64,000 nucleotides of DNA from an uncultured virus (IMG/VR IMGVR_UViG_3300030331_003482). Taxonomy: Duplodnaviria > Heunggongvirae > Uroviricota > Caudoviricetes. Positions within the stretch are counted from its first letter, which is position 1. Every line of letters begins with the position of its first letter. The notes below the pieces were generated by a model that saw only the letters and a list, made by a program, of their open reading frames with translations, did not search any database and was not told the DNA's origin. The stretch spans positions 1 to 64,000 of the IMG/VR virus record IMGVR_UViG_3300030331_003482; one strand, 5' to 3'. This document shows positions 31,191 through 40,527 of this stretch, piece by piece. Made by a program: the position numbers and the translations under genes.

Positions 31191-31349
31191 ATGAAAGATA
31201 GAGGGTTAGGTGATACAGTTCACCGATTTACAAAAGCAACAGGAATAAAATCAATGGTTGATAGAGTTTCAGAAGGTTTAAACATACCCTGTGGTTGTGA
31301 AGGGAGACGTAAAGCTATGAACGCTTTATTTCCGTATAAAAAGAAATGA
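31191..31349 (+). CDS. Small protein with GLGD...CGC motif (missed by ORF track)
   Basis: MKDRGLGDTVHRFTKATGIK...PCGCEGRRKAMNALFPY, 52 aa. Confidence 0.7.
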   Translation: MKDRGLGDTVHRFTKATGIKSMVDRVSEGLNIPCGCEGRRKAMNALFPYKKK

Positions 31350-31423
31350 CAAGTATAATAATTTTAATACTAGCGTGTGGTATATTTTATTTTTTATACA
31401 ACGCGTTTAAAAACGATTGGTAA
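31346..31423 (+). CDS. 25-aa single-TM peptide
   Basis: MTSIIILILACGIFYFLYNAFKNDW; ATGA overlap upstream and a 1-nt gap downstream. Confidence 0.45.
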   Translation: MTSIIILILACGIFYFLYNAFKNDW

Positions 31424-31424
31424 T

Positions 31425-31652
31425 ATGTGGGCATTATTTAAAGACAAAAACGATATTAACGAAAAAAATATTGTAGGATTTGCATCATTTATAGTTATGG
31501 TATTATTTGCTGTAGCAGATCTATTAACTAGTTTAATAGCTGATAAAGATCTTATTATTAACGAGGTGGTTTATAACTCATTTGTATGGGTTACATTAGG
31601 CTGCTTTGGTATATCATCAATAGAAAAATTTAAAAGCAATGGGAAAAATTAG
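31425..31652 (+). CDS. Two-TM membrane protein (holin-like)
   Basis: ATG at 31425; two hydrophobic helices and a GISSIEKF C-terminus. Confidence 0.5.
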   Translation: MWALFKDKNDINEKNIVGFASFIVMVLFAVADLLTSLIADKDLIINEVVYNSFVWVTLGCFGISSIEKFKSNGKN

Positions 31653-31776
31653 TCCAGCTTGTAAAGCTGCAGCGAAAAGAAAATTTAAAGTATGGCCTAG
31701 CGCTTACGCTTCAGGTTGGGGTGTAAGATGTACAAAGGCAGGTGGACCAGGTAGAATGGGTAAGTCTAAAAAGTAA
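31639..31776 (+). CDS. Small basic protein with WPSAYASG motif (missed by ORF track)
   Basis: MGKISPACKAAAKRKFKVWPSAYASGWGVRC..., 45 aa, coupled to the next ORF. Confidence 0.65.
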   Translation: MGKISPACKAAAKRKFKVWPSAYASGWGVRCTKAGGPGRMGKSKK

Positions 31777-32054
31777 TGGCTGATCCAGTTAAAGGCACAG
31801 GTAAAAAACCTAAAGGCAGCGGTAGGCGTTTATATACTGACGAAAACCCTAAAGATACAGTTAGTATAAAGTTTGCTACACCCGCAGATGCTAGAGCTAC
31901 TTGCGCTAAAGTAAAGCGTATAAGTAAGCCTTACGCTAGAAAAATACAAATACTTACAGTTGTTGAGCAAAGATCTAAAGCTGCAGGTAAAAGAGAACAA
32001 GCTAGAATAGCTAAAAGATGTAAAATAGCATTAAAAAGAAAACATGGCAAGTAA
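31776..32054 (+). CDS. Small basic protein
   Basis: GTGKKPKGSGRRLYTDENPKDTV; K/R-rich. Confidence 0.7.
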   Translation: MADPVKGTGKKPKGSGRRLYTDENPKDTVSIKFATPADARATCAKVKRISKPYARKIQILTVVEQRSKAAGKREQARIAKRCKIALKRKHGK

Positions 32055-32283
32055 AAGACCCACATGGAAAGACTCTGACGCGCCAGACGCTAAAGGCAAG
32101 ATGAAAAGTTTATCTTGCTCCGCTTTAGCTAGCTGGATGATTAAGTCAAGAAAAGGTAACGTTAAAAAAATAGTTGGTAGTTTAAATCAACAAATAGTTT
32201 TTAATAGAAAACGTAATCCCAGCTACGCTGCTAAAATGAAGTGCGCTAGAAATAAAGCTGTAAATAGATTAAAGAAAAAATAA
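32044..32283 (+). CDS. Small basic protein
   Basis: 79 aa, K/R-rich, overlapping its neighbours. Confidence 0.65.
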   Translation: MASKRPTWKDSDAPDAKGKMKSLSCSALASWMIKSRKGNVKKIVGSLNQQIVFNRKRNPSYAAKMKCARNKAVNRLKKK

Positions 32284-32963
32284 TGGCATTTAAAATGAAA
32301 AGTGTAAACGATGTATTAAGTTTGCACCATACATCTAACCATAACGATAACGTCATAAAATTAGTTGATATGCCAACTGATAAACATTGGGGTTATATTG
32401 ATGAGCATAAAACTATACATGTTAACAAGAATATAAAGCCGCATCAAATGGCTAAGACTATTAAGCATGAAAAAGTACATAAGAAACAAATGGAAGAAGG
32501 TAGATTAGATTTTAATAGCTTAAGGTACAAGTGGAAGCCTGGTAGAAATGCAGAGACAATAACAATACCTACAGATAAAATAGATACAAGAAGAAGAGAT
32601 TTACCATGGGAAAAAGAAGCTGATCATAAGCCAGCTAATATAAAAGATAAATTAAAAAATAAGCTTGATAAAGCTAAAAATAAAGTAAAAGAAAAAACAG
32701 GTATAGGTTCTGGCAAAGATATTAATGAGTATGGCTACACTAATAAAGAGTGGAAAAACATGGACATACTTAAAAAAATTAGAATAGAAAGAGATCATGA
32801 TATAAAAACTGGTAAAGTTAAAATATCAACCAAAGGTATGGGTGAATATTTAAAATTAAAAGGAGATCCAAGAGCTGATGAAGTTATAAAAGCATTAGAT
32901 CCAGACGGCGTACCTTTAAAACATTGTACAATAACTAGAAACATAAAACGTAAAAAAAGATGA
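32283..32963 (+). CDS. Zincin-like (HExxH) basic protein
   Basis: GYID...IHVN...TIKHEKVH...LPWEKEA. Confidence 0.55.
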   Translation: MAFKMKSVNDVLSLHHTSNHNDNVIKLVDMPTDKHWGYIDEHKTIHVNKNIKPHQMAKTIKHEKVHKKQMEEGRLDFNSLRYKWKPGRNAETITIPTDKIDTRRRDLPWEKEADHKPANIKDKLKNKLDKAKNKVKEKTGIGSGKDINEYGYTNKEWKNMDILKKIRIERDHDIKTGKVKISTKGMGEYLKLKGDPRADEVIKALDPDGVPLKHCTITRNIKRKKR

Positions 32964-33112
32964 AAGTAAAAGCACCAAAAGGCTACCACTGGATGAAACA
33001 AAGATCCGGTGCACCAAAATTAATGAAAAACCCAAAAGGCGGTTATAAACCACATAAAGGAGGAAGTTTATCATTTAACTTCAAAATGCAAAAAGTTCAT
33101 GCCAAGAAGTAA
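32960..33112 (+). CDS. Small basic protein (missed by ORF track)
   Basis: MKVKAPKGYHWMK...GGYKPHKGGSL, 50 aa, ATGA overlap. Confidence 0.6.
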   Translation: MKVKAPKGYHWMKQRSGAPKLMKNPKGGYKPHKGGSLSFNFKMQKVHAKK

Positions 33113-33353
33113 GATAAAAGGCGGAGGTACTAAAAAAGTATGTCTACCTTATGCTAAATACAAAAGCATGAGTAAAGCTGAAAGGCAAAAAGTTATACGT
33201 GCTAAACGTACAGCTGCCGCTCAAGGTAAGTATAAAAGATCTAGTAAATCAAACGTAAAAGGTGCTCGTAAAAAAGGAGCAACACTACGTGATTGGTTTA
33301 AAAAAGAACGATGGGTTAACATCGCAAACGGCAAGCCTTGCGGGGCTAAATAA
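33099..33353 (+). CDS. Small basic protein
   Basis: KVCLP...LRDWFKKERWVNI..GKPCG. Confidence 0.65.
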   Translation: MPRSKIKGGGTKKVCLPYAKYKSMSKAERQKVIRAKRTAAAQGKYKRSSKSNVKGARKKGATLRDWFKKERWVNIANGKPCGAK

Positions 33354-33382
33354 AAAAAGGGGCATAAGCCCCTATTTTTTTT
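33352..33382. terminator. Bidirectional terminator between convergent late and replication arms
   Basis: A7-GGGGC-ATAA-GCCCC-TA-T8. Confidence 0.85.
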
Positions 33383-35114
33383 AACCATCACAACTCAAAC
33401 AATTTGGATCCATTGCTTGATCCGCTATGTCTCCTCTCAGTACCGATTCGGTACGCATATAATATAAAGTCTTAATACCCTTCTTCCAGGCTTCTAAATG
33501 TATTTTATTAATCCATTTAGGATCTACCTGTGCAGGAAAAGCTAAGTTTAAACTTACGGCTTGATCTATATATTGTTGCCTTATGCCAGCCTGATTAACT
33601 AACTCTAGCTGATTTATTTCCTTGAAAGTTTTGAATACTTCTTTGATTGGTATGTCGTGATCTCCCAATGTAATTTTCTCTAATTGTTTTATACCTTGTA
33701 TTGAACCACCGTCTTTCAAAATTTGATCCCATATTTTATCTTTATTTAAATTATGTTCTTCTAATACTTCGACCAAAGTAGGGTTTTTACGTATAAACGT
33801 ACCCTTCGCACTTTGATCCGTAAATACATTAGCAGCCCATGGCTCGATTCCTGGGCTAATATTGCCAGCAAGTTTTGAATTAGAAACGGTAGGTGCAATA
33901 GCACGAAGGTGAGTATTACGGAATCCGGTACCCACACACCATAGCGGCTCACCATACGTCTCTGCAAGCGCCATACTAGCTCTTTCGCTTTCAATTTTAA
34001 TCTGACTAAAAATCCTTCTTGTTTCATATTGTGCTAGTAATCCTTCAAAAGGAAAACCTTTTTGCTGTAGATATGTGTGCCAGCCTAAAACACCTAAACC
34101 AAGTGCTCTACCTTTTTCTGCAGATCTTACAGCGTTTTCAAAGCCTCTTCTATTTTTGGCTTTCTGTATAAACTCTTCTAACACGCCATCTAAAAACCAT
34201 ATACTATCGTATATTAAGTTTGAGTCTTTCCACTCGTGATATTTAGCTAGATTTAAACTAGATAAACAACATACAAAACTATGATTTTCATCTGTGTGTA
34301 AAACTATCTCTGAACATATGTTTGTCATAAACACTTTCAGAGCATTATCCTTATACATACTAGGATTTTGTTTGTTAACATTACCCTTAAACATAATATA
34401 AGGCTCACCAGTTGCTTTACGTTTTTGTAGTAATTTACCCCATTTACGCCTTGCAACTTTATCACCGTCTCTAAGTTTTCTCATAAACTTATCACCTATT
34501 ATAGTACATTGATGTAAGTTAAGTGATTGTCTATTTACATCACCCTTTGGTTCTCTTATTTCTAACCAATCTTCCCAATCTTTATGATCTATATTTAAGT
34601 TAACTGATGCAGCTCCTCTACGTACAGCACCTTGGTTAGTAGCTAGTATAGTTGAATCATATATCTTACAGAAAGGTACAACACCATCTGATGTACCATT
34701 CATTGTAATTTCTGCACCTGACGGTCTGATCTGATTTATACCAACACCAACTCCACCACCGTGTTTAGCTAATAGCATCATTTCTAGGTTTTTAGTTCCT
34801 ATGTCTAATATGCTATCAGCAACATCAATACCAAAGCAAGATATTGGTAATCCTCTTTCAGTTCCTGTATTTGACAACACTGGAGAGGCAAGACATAACC
34901 AGCCTTTCCATATGTAATCAAAAAACGTATCAGCCATTTCTGGCTTTTTTAAACGTCTAGCTACAGTTGTAGCTACACGCATATAAGCTTCTTTAGGTGT
35001 TTCGCCGTTATATAAATAACCACCTGTTATAGTTTTTTTATAAACATCTGCGTCTGCCCACTCTGGGTAATCAACGCCTTTCTTCCATCTATTACTCCAC
35101 ATATTATTTACCAA
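33381..35114 (-). CDS. nrdA: Class I ribonucleotide reductase alpha subunit (no ATP cone; alternative start 35102)
   Basis: PISCF, GGGVG, RRGAA, TNICSE (thiyl Cys), IAPT.S, DQAVS.N, KTLYY and C-terminal CLSCDG. Confidence 0.95.
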   Translation of the reverse strand: MVNNMWSNRWKKGVDYPEWADADVYKKTITGGYLYNGETPKEAYMRVATTVARRLKKPEMADTFFDYIWKGWLCLASPVLSNTGTERGLPISCFGIDVADSILDIGTKNLEMMLLAKHGGGVGVGINQIRPSGAEITMNGTSDGVVPFCKIYDSTILATNQGAVRRGAASVNLNIDHKDWEDWLEIREPKGDVNRQSLNLHQCTIIGDKFMRKLRDGDKVARRKWGKLLQKRKATGEPYIMFKGNVNKQNPSMYKDNALKVFMTNICSEIVLHTDENHSFVCCLSSLNLAKYHEWKDSNLIYDSIWFLDGVLEEFIQKAKNRRGFENAVRSAEKGRALGLGVLGWHTYLQQKGFPFEGLLAQYETRRIFSQIKIESERASMALAETYGEPLWCVGTGFRNTHLRAIAPTVSNSKLAGNISPGIEPWAANVFTDQSAKGTFIRKNPTLVEVLEEHNLNKDKIWDQILKDGGSIQGIKQLEKITLGDHDIPIKEVFKTFKEINQLELVNQAGIRQQYIDQAVSLNLAFPAQVDPKWINKIHLEAWKKGIKTLYYMRTESVLRGDIADQAMDPNCLSCDG

Positions 35115-36067
35115 ATATTTTCGAAATCTTCTCCTTCGTTTGCTTTGCTGTAATCTGTCGGCCTAATAGCAAAAAAGTCAGTATGGGTATGACCACCAGT
35201 AAGATGATAAAACCAATCAAGGTTTTTTGCTGCTTTTTTGTCGTAGTCGAAGAGTTCTTTATATCCGAGCTCTTTAAGTTTTTCATTTGTTCTTCTTCTT
35301 ATAAATTGTTTTAAATCGTATTTAGTTAAATTTTCTAAATCACCCATTTCAAACATTTTATCTATATACTTTTCTTCTAGCTCTAACATTGTCATAGCAG
35401 CGTCTTCTATATGTGGTTGACAAGTTTTTCTAAGAAAATCTTTTTCTTCACACATATGGTTAAACAACCTACAACCCATTTTACTATGTAATGATTCATC
35501 TCTTACAGACCATTTCATTTGTTGACCAATGCCTTTAAGTAAATTGCGTAGCTGAAAACTATATAACACTGCGAAAGCAGAGTATAAACTAACACCTTCA
35601 GCAAAAGCGCTAAATACAGCTAATGATTTACCTATTTCAACAGGATCACTACCATCATAACTTACTAGATTATCAAATCGTTCAGCGGTTGCTGGCTCGT
35701 GTAAAAACGCTTCAAAGTTTTCAAGCCCGAGAGTTTCATTTAAATAACTATAAGCTACAGCGTGTATTGTTTCTTGACTTCCAAACATCATAGCCATTTG
35801 TTGTATTTCATGTTTAGGAAACCAACCTACAACTTTCTGAGTCCAGTAATCTGATACTGCACATTCAGTTTGAGCAAAGCCTAGTAGTATATTTCCTACT
35901 AAATTTTTTTCTGCATCAGTTAGTTTTTCGTTCCAGTCTTTTACGTCACCTGACATAGGTATTTCTGTGTGTAGCCAAAAAGCTTGAGCTTGTTTCAACC
36001 AACCCTCGTTATAATACTCAGGGTACTCAAAAGGTTTATATGCTATTCTGTTATCAAATAATCCCAT
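35108..36067 (-). CDS. nrdB: Class I ribonucleotide reductase beta subunit
   Basis: FWLHTEI.M..DVKDW, ETIHAVAY, EGVSLYSAF, RDESLH, TDFF....TDY. Confidence 0.95.
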   Translation of the reverse strand: MGLFDNRIAYKPFEYPEYYNEGWLKQAQAFWLHTEIPMSGDVKDWNEKLTDAEKNLVGNILLGFAQTECAVSDYWTQKVVGWFPKHEIQQMAMMFGSQETIHAVAYSYLNETLGLENFEAFLHEPATAERFDNLVSYDGSDPVEIGKSLAVFSAFAEGVSLYSAFAVLYSFQLRNLLKGIGQQMKWSVRDESLHSKMGCRLFNHMCEEKDFLRKTCQPHIEDAAMTMLELEEKYIDKMFEMGDLENLTKYDLKQFIRRRTNEKLKELGYKELFDYDKKAAKNLDWFYHLTGGHTHTDFFAIRPTDYSKANEGEDFENIW

Positions 36068-36068
36068 A

Positions 36069-36218
36069 TTAATTGTATTGTAAGGTTAAACATATATCAA
36101 ATAAAAATATATAAAATACGTGATCTATTTTATTATTATCTACATCTGGATAATTTCTGTATCCAAATAAAAGCCCTGTAAATAATCCAAAGCTTAATTC
36201 CCATTTTTGTAGTTCCAT
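36069..36218 (-). CDS. Small hypothetical protein
   Basis: ATG at 36218 (MELQKWELSFGLF...). Confidence 0.55.
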   Translation of the reverse strand: MELQKWELSFGLFTGLLFGYRNYPDVDNNKIDHVFYIFLFDICLTLQYN

Positions 36219-36219
36219 A

Positions 36220-36360
36220 TTATCTTCCTTGTCCACGGTACTTAGGACCACTATAGTACTTACCGTGTTTTTGTTTTGTGTTTCTGTTTTTACTGTGAAC
36301 TCCTGGTCTTTTCTTTTTAGGTTTAAACCTATATGCTTGTAAGTTTAATCTTTTAGCCAT
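36220..36360 (-). CDS. Small basic protein ending YRGQGR (missed by ORF track)
   Basis: MAKRLNLQAYRFKPKRKRPGVHSK...KYRGQGR, 46 aa. Confidence 0.65.
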   Translation of the reverse strand: MAKRLNLQAYRFKPKKKRPGVHSKNRNTKQKHGKYYSGPKYRGQGR

Positions 36361-36520
36361 TTAAGTTATATTTTTTAAATTTATCCATAAGCTCTTTCCA
36401 AAGTACTTTGCCTCTCATATCCCAACTCCATTTAACCCACTTATCAATTTGTCTTTCAGCATACTTACGTCTTGCTAATTGCTTTTCAACTTCTGTATTA
36501 ATCTTATTGTTTCGTCGCAT
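36353..36520 (-). CDS. Small hypothetical protein (missed by ORF track)
   Basis: 55 aa (...ARRKYAERQIDKWVKWSW...), fills the gap in the operon. Confidence 0.5.
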   Translation of the reverse strand: MRRNNKINTEVEKQLARRKYAERQIDKWVKWSWDMRGKVLWKELMDKFKKYNLNG

Positions 36521-36924
36521 TCTTTTTGATTTTGTGGTTTGTACAATGTAACATTAGGTAAATGTTCTTGCACGTACTTTTTAAACATCTTCCAACGTAA
36601 AGGAAAACTTTCATTTGCTCTACCTTTACATTCAATAATAAATCCCTTACCCATGAAGTCTGGTGTATAAGATATATTTAATATTTTTTTATTACCCCTA
36701 TCTTTATATTCACCTTTACCATTAGCGCATCTTTCATATGCTGAGGATTCGTAATCAAAACCTGGAAATATTTCGTATGTATGCCCTTCATAAACAGCTT
36801 GTATTCTAGCTTTTTTAAGAGCAACATGCATATACTTTTCCAAACCTGATGCAAAGGTTATCCCGTCGTAAGTAATTTTCTTACTTACAACAGGTCCTTT
36901 TTTTCTCCTAATTTTTCTTCTCAT
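36475..36924 (-). CDS. T7 endonuclease I-like Holliday junction resolvase
   Basis: FASGLE...YTPDF....IIECKG PD-(D/E)XK motif. Confidence 0.8.
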   Translation of the reverse strand: MRRKIRRKKGPVVSKKITYDGITFASGLEKYMHVALKKARIQAVYEGHTYEIFPGFDYESSAYERCANGKGEYKDRGNKKILNISYTPDFMGKGFIIECKGRANESFPLRWKMFKKYVQEHLPNVTLYKPQNQKECDETIRLIQKLKSN

Positions 36925-37132
36925 CCTCCAAACATTTTTTAGCAGCTTCAATGTACAACAGAGCATCCATTATCTCTTCTTGCACATCTGTTAAAAACAT
37001 ACATAAGCTTTTCTTACCTGTTTCTACTTCGTTACACATTGTTTGACCATATTTCTTTTGGCCAGTAATGCTACGATTATCCATCTTCCTTAGTACAGCT
37101 TGTACTATCTTATCTTTAGTTTTAATCTGCAT
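36908..37132 (-). CDS. Small all-alpha NTP-pyrophosphatase-like protein
   Basis: G.KKYG...QEEIMDALLY acidic helix. Confidence 0.4.
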   Translation of the reverse strand: MQIKTKDKIVQAVLRKMDNRSITGQKKYGQTMCNEVETGKKSLCMFLTDVQEEIMDALLYIEAAKKCLEDEKKN

Positions 37133-37913
37133 CTTTAACAAATGTTCCGTTAACCATTTTACCCTTTCGTTTTGATATAACGTTGTAAGCCTCAGCTATA
37201 CAAGTTTCAATATGTACGTTGTTTAAATGAGCTAAATTAGTTAGTACTACAACCATATCACCAATAGCATCAATAACTTCTGCTTGATCTTTTTCTAGTG
37301 TAGCTTTAGCTAGCTCACCCATTTCTTCTTGTAATTTGATTAATTGAGTTTTAGCGTCACCCTTGTCATATATGCCTCTTTCATCAGCCCATTGTCTAAT
37401 AAGTTCAAACATTTTTAAAGGTTTTTTAGAGCATTTAACAACTTTAGTTTCTTTTGTATTAGTAAGGTTTTCAGCAAATACTGCAAAAGCCTTATTGTAC
37501 ACATATGATCTATCGTTGTTAAACATAGATGTTTTTACATTTTTCATTATCCAGTCTATTGTTCTTGGATTAATTATAAAATCACCGTGATCCGTTGTCC
37601 ATTCGTAGCCGATCATATCAAACAACCTGCCTTTTAATTTATCTACTGGACATGGAAAAGTAGTAGTTTGTTCAGTCACATTTAAGTCCATCATAGTTTT
37701 TCTATTTAAGTTTTTATAAGGTACCATATCTACTCGGTAGCCATATTCTCGTTGTAGTGTTCTTTCTTTAGCTGATATATAATCAACGTCTTCAGAACTT
37801 TCTAGTATTTCATATTCACTTGGTGAATAACCTTGTTGAACTGTGACCCGGTTATTAAGGTCACACGTTACGCCAATTTTTTTACCAGGAATATGATATA
37901 AATAATACATCAT
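37122..37913 (-). CDS. MazG-like nucleotide pyrophosphohydrolase with GIY-YIG-like N-terminal domain
   Basis: C-terminal QWADERGI...KLQEEMGELA...IDAIGDMVVVL...KRKGKMVNGTFVK; N-terminal YYLYHIPGKKIGVT...R....G. Confidence 0.75.
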   Translation of the reverse strand: MMYYLYHIPGKKIGVTCDLNNRVTVQQGYSPSEYEILESSEDVDYISAKERTLQREYGYRVDMVPYKNLNRKTMMDLNVTEQTTTFPCPVDKLKGRLFDMIGYEWTTDHGDFIINPRTIDWIMKNVKTSMFNNDRSYVYNKAFAVFAENLTNTKETKVVKCSKKPLKMFELIRQWADERGIYDKGDAKTQLIKLQEEMGELAKATLEKDQAEVIDAIGDMVVVLTNLAHLNNVHIETCIAEAYNVISKRKGKMVNGTFVKDAD

Positions 37914-38551
37914 AATTTATCGTTATAAATATGCATGTTATGTGCGTGGTGATAATACCAACCAACTGGTATTTTTAATCTCTCTGCAACTAATTTTTGT
38001 AACATACTAAAACAGTATTGATCGTTACAGAAACCGTACCAGAGATCATTAGAACGCATATAAACAGACATATTAAGTTTATCATCAACAATTGTAAATT
38101 GAACAGCATACGTACAAGGGGTATCTTTCTTGTATTTGTCATGCTCTTTACAATCGTATATACTAATAGCAGCGTGTCTAGTTTCTTTATGTTTTATTAA
38201 CTTTTTGATAACATACTCTAACTGATTTTCACGTTGCCACTGCCAACCATAATTGCTATTAACTTCGCCTTTATTGTTAGCCATTCGCACCCATATTGGT
38301 GGTATTTTACCATATATTGCTCCTAGCTTTCTAATACTATTGTCGCCTGATAAATACCATTGCCACTCAGCTTCAGCGTAATCAAGTTTCCAATTACGAT
38401 CTTCATTTGTTATAACATTGTCTAATGGTTTTTCAATAGTAAAGCCACAGTTAAATATAGCTTTAGTATTATCAAAATCAACACCATTTTTTATTATATA
38501 ATCCCAAAGATAATTGTATGCGTGATTAGCGTTGTAAAATTTATTTTCCAT
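37910..38551 (-). CDS. Thymidylate synthase-family enzyme, T4 gp42-like dCMP hydroxymethylase/methylase
   Basis: Catalytic PC; RSNDLWYGFCND has Asp at the ThyA Asn177-equivalent position; PPIWVRMANNKGEVNSNYGW resembles T4 gp42. Confidence 0.75.
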   Translation of the reverse strand: MENKFYNANHAYNYLWDYIIKNGVDFDNTKAIFNCGFTIEKPLDNVITNEDRNWKLDYAEAEWQWYLSGDNSIRKLGAIYGKIPPIWVRMANNKGEVNSNYGWQWQRENQLEYVIKKLIKHKETRHAAISIYDCKEHDKYKKDTPCTYAVQFTIVDDKLNMSVYMRSNDLWYGFCNDQYCFSMLQKLVAERLKIPVGWYYHHAHNMHIYNDKL

Positions 38552-38819
38552 ATTTATTATAATAATATAATTGATATTCAGCTACCTTTTGCCATATTCT
38601 AACTCTACCATAAACTTCAGGTGTTGAACCTAATAATTTTCTATTAGGATATTTACCCTTTTCTATGTCTATATGCCATATAGGTTCTCTCCATTTAGCT
38701 TGTCTTGGTGTTATTATTATATCGTTTTCCATACACCAAAGTCTAGCTTCTTCCTCTTCAGCTGTACGAGTATAACTACCCATACCATACTTCTTATTCC
38801 CATGGAAGGCCGCCGTCAT
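38541..38819 (-). CDS. Hypothetical protein
   Basis: 92-aa ORF overlapping both neighbours. Confidence 0.6.
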   Translation of the reverse strand: MTAAFHGNKKYGMGSYTRTAEEEEARLWCMENDIIITPRQAKWREPIWHIDIEKGKYPNRKLLGSTPEVYGRVRIWQKVAEYQLYYYNKYGK

Positions 38820-40518
38820 TCTTCTCGTCTAATACATTAACTTCTGGTACAAACGAACCTGATTTAGGCTCCCAAGTAAAAAAGGCTTCACCACCATTTT
38901 CACCTAAGTTTTGAAACTTAACTTTTAATACTTTTACTTTAGTATTTTTAGCTTCATAATCTCTGTGTACCAATAAACCGTGATAACTAGCATCATACCA
39001 TTCACCACCACCTTTTATGTTATACATATTAGGTTCTACAATTTTACCGTTTTCTCTTGGCATTTTAGTCGGATGAGCTACTATAAATGTTAAGACATCA
39101 TACTTTTTACAGAACTGCTCTATTTTACCTAGATAGTCCATAGTATATCTATTAACATCATCTGACACTGCATTAACGTCTCTAACCTTATTGTAAGGAT
39201 CGATAACTAAGCATTTTATACCTTTACGTTTTACTAGCTCAGCGCCTTTACGTAGTATAGACTCTAAACTATATTTATCCATATCAATAAAATAAAAATT
39301 ATCATTTACATGATTAGAAACTTCTTTCCATTTACTGCCACCTATTTCACCAGGCGATGGCATATCACCCCAACATTTACGCATAAGTTTATGTGCATGT
39401 AAATATATTGGAGCATTTTCAGGGCTAGCAAATGCTGTTTTCCAACCATATAATTTATTGTAACCTACAACCATTTGATCTACAAAATCAGACTTACCAG
39501 ATGATGGTATACCAGTTACAGTAATAAATTGACCTGTATAAGTACTGAATATACTATCAAAATTAGGTAAACCAACTTGATAACCAGGTTTAAAACCATG
39601 CTTAACAAAGTCTTTTAAATCTGATTCTACGTTTTTTAATGTGGTTACATTTTCAAGTGGTACTTGCTGCGATGTGTGTATAGCAGAGCGCAACTGCTCT
39701 GACCCATACTTTATTAAATAATCGTTCGCATCTTTACAATCTTCAAAATCAACTAGATAACATATTTCAGCGCCTAACCTACGTATAAGCTCTTGCTTTA
39801 ACATAGTGCCAGGTTCATCAGCATCAACTGCTATAATTACTTTTGTTTTATCTTCAAAGTAATCTATACAATTATCTAAGTAATCTAAGTTATTGTTATT
39901 TAATGTAGCACCATTTGGAACTGATACAACGTTTCTTATACCAGCTTCATGTAATGATAAACAATCTATTTCACCTTCAACGATAACACATTCATCGTGA
40001 CCAACTATACTGTTAATATTATAAAATACTTTTTCAGCACCTTTATATAACTTAAAGTTTTTAGCACCATCACGGTACTTAATATTTATCAATTGGTTAC
40101 CAATGAAATAATTAAATTTAATTGTGTTCTCTTCCTTACCAGTTTGCGGCATAAACTCAGGACCCTCAGAGACGTTTAGATCTTCAAGGGTCGACTGAGA
40201 TATACCTCTAGACTTAAACCATTCTACAACTTTACTACTAGGAGCCTTGTGAGTTTTTGTAGAAAAACTCGGCATAACGTATTCACGCTCGCTGGATCCC
40301 TTACGCTTGTAAGTGTGTAGTTGATAAGTTGAATTACAGTTATGGCAAGTACCGAGACCACGTTCCCAGTCGTATGAAGAACATTTCTTCTTACGATTTT
40401 CAGGTTTCCTATCGTGAGAACACAAGGGACAAATCCCCTGTGTTTTACCCACGCTAAGATTATATTGATTGAACTCGTCAATCAAAAAGCCATTGATCTC
40501 TTTATCTTCTACTTGCAT
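38794..40518 (-). CDS. Primase-helicase (T7 gp4/Twinkle-like)
   Basis: Zn finger CPLC..CHNC, TOPRIM IVEGEID and DAD, Walker A TGIPSSGKS, Walker B LVIDP, VAHPTK. Confidence 0.92.
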   Translation of the reverse strand: MQVEDKEINGFLIDEFNQYNLSVGKTQGICPLCSHDRKPENRKKKCSSYDWERGLGTCHNCNSTYQLHTYKRKGSSEREYVMPSFSTKTHKAPSSKVVEWFKSRGISQSTLEDLNVSEGPEFMPQTGKEENTIKFNYFIGNQLINIKYRDGAKNFKLYKGAEKVFYNINSIVGHDECVIVEGEIDCLSLHEAGIRNVVSVPNGATLNNNNLDYLDNCIDYFEDKTKVIIAVDADEPGTMLKQELIRRLGAEICYLVDFEDCKDANDYLIKYGSEQLRSAIHTSQQVPLENVTTLKNVESDLKDFVKHGFKPGYQVGLPNFDSIFSTYTGQFITVTGIPSSGKSDFVDQMVVGYNKLYGWKTAFASPENAPIYLHAHKLMRKCWGDMPSPGEIGGSKWKEVSNHVNDNFYFIDMDKYSLESILRKGAELVKRKGIKCLVIDPYNKVRDVNAVSDDVNRYTMDYLGKIEQFCKKYDVLTFIVAHPTKMPRENGKIVEPNMYNIKGGGEWYDASYHGLLVHRDYEAKNTKVKVLKVKFQNLGENGGEAFFTWEPKSGSFVPEVNVLDEKNDGGLPWE

Positions 40519-40527
40519 CTATAATAT

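Noticed and set aside
33761..34027. Alternative-frame ORF in nrdA (likewise 40224-40481 in the primase gene)
   Set aside because: Under 90 codons and lacking the clear codon-avoidance pattern seen in terL; compatible with chance.
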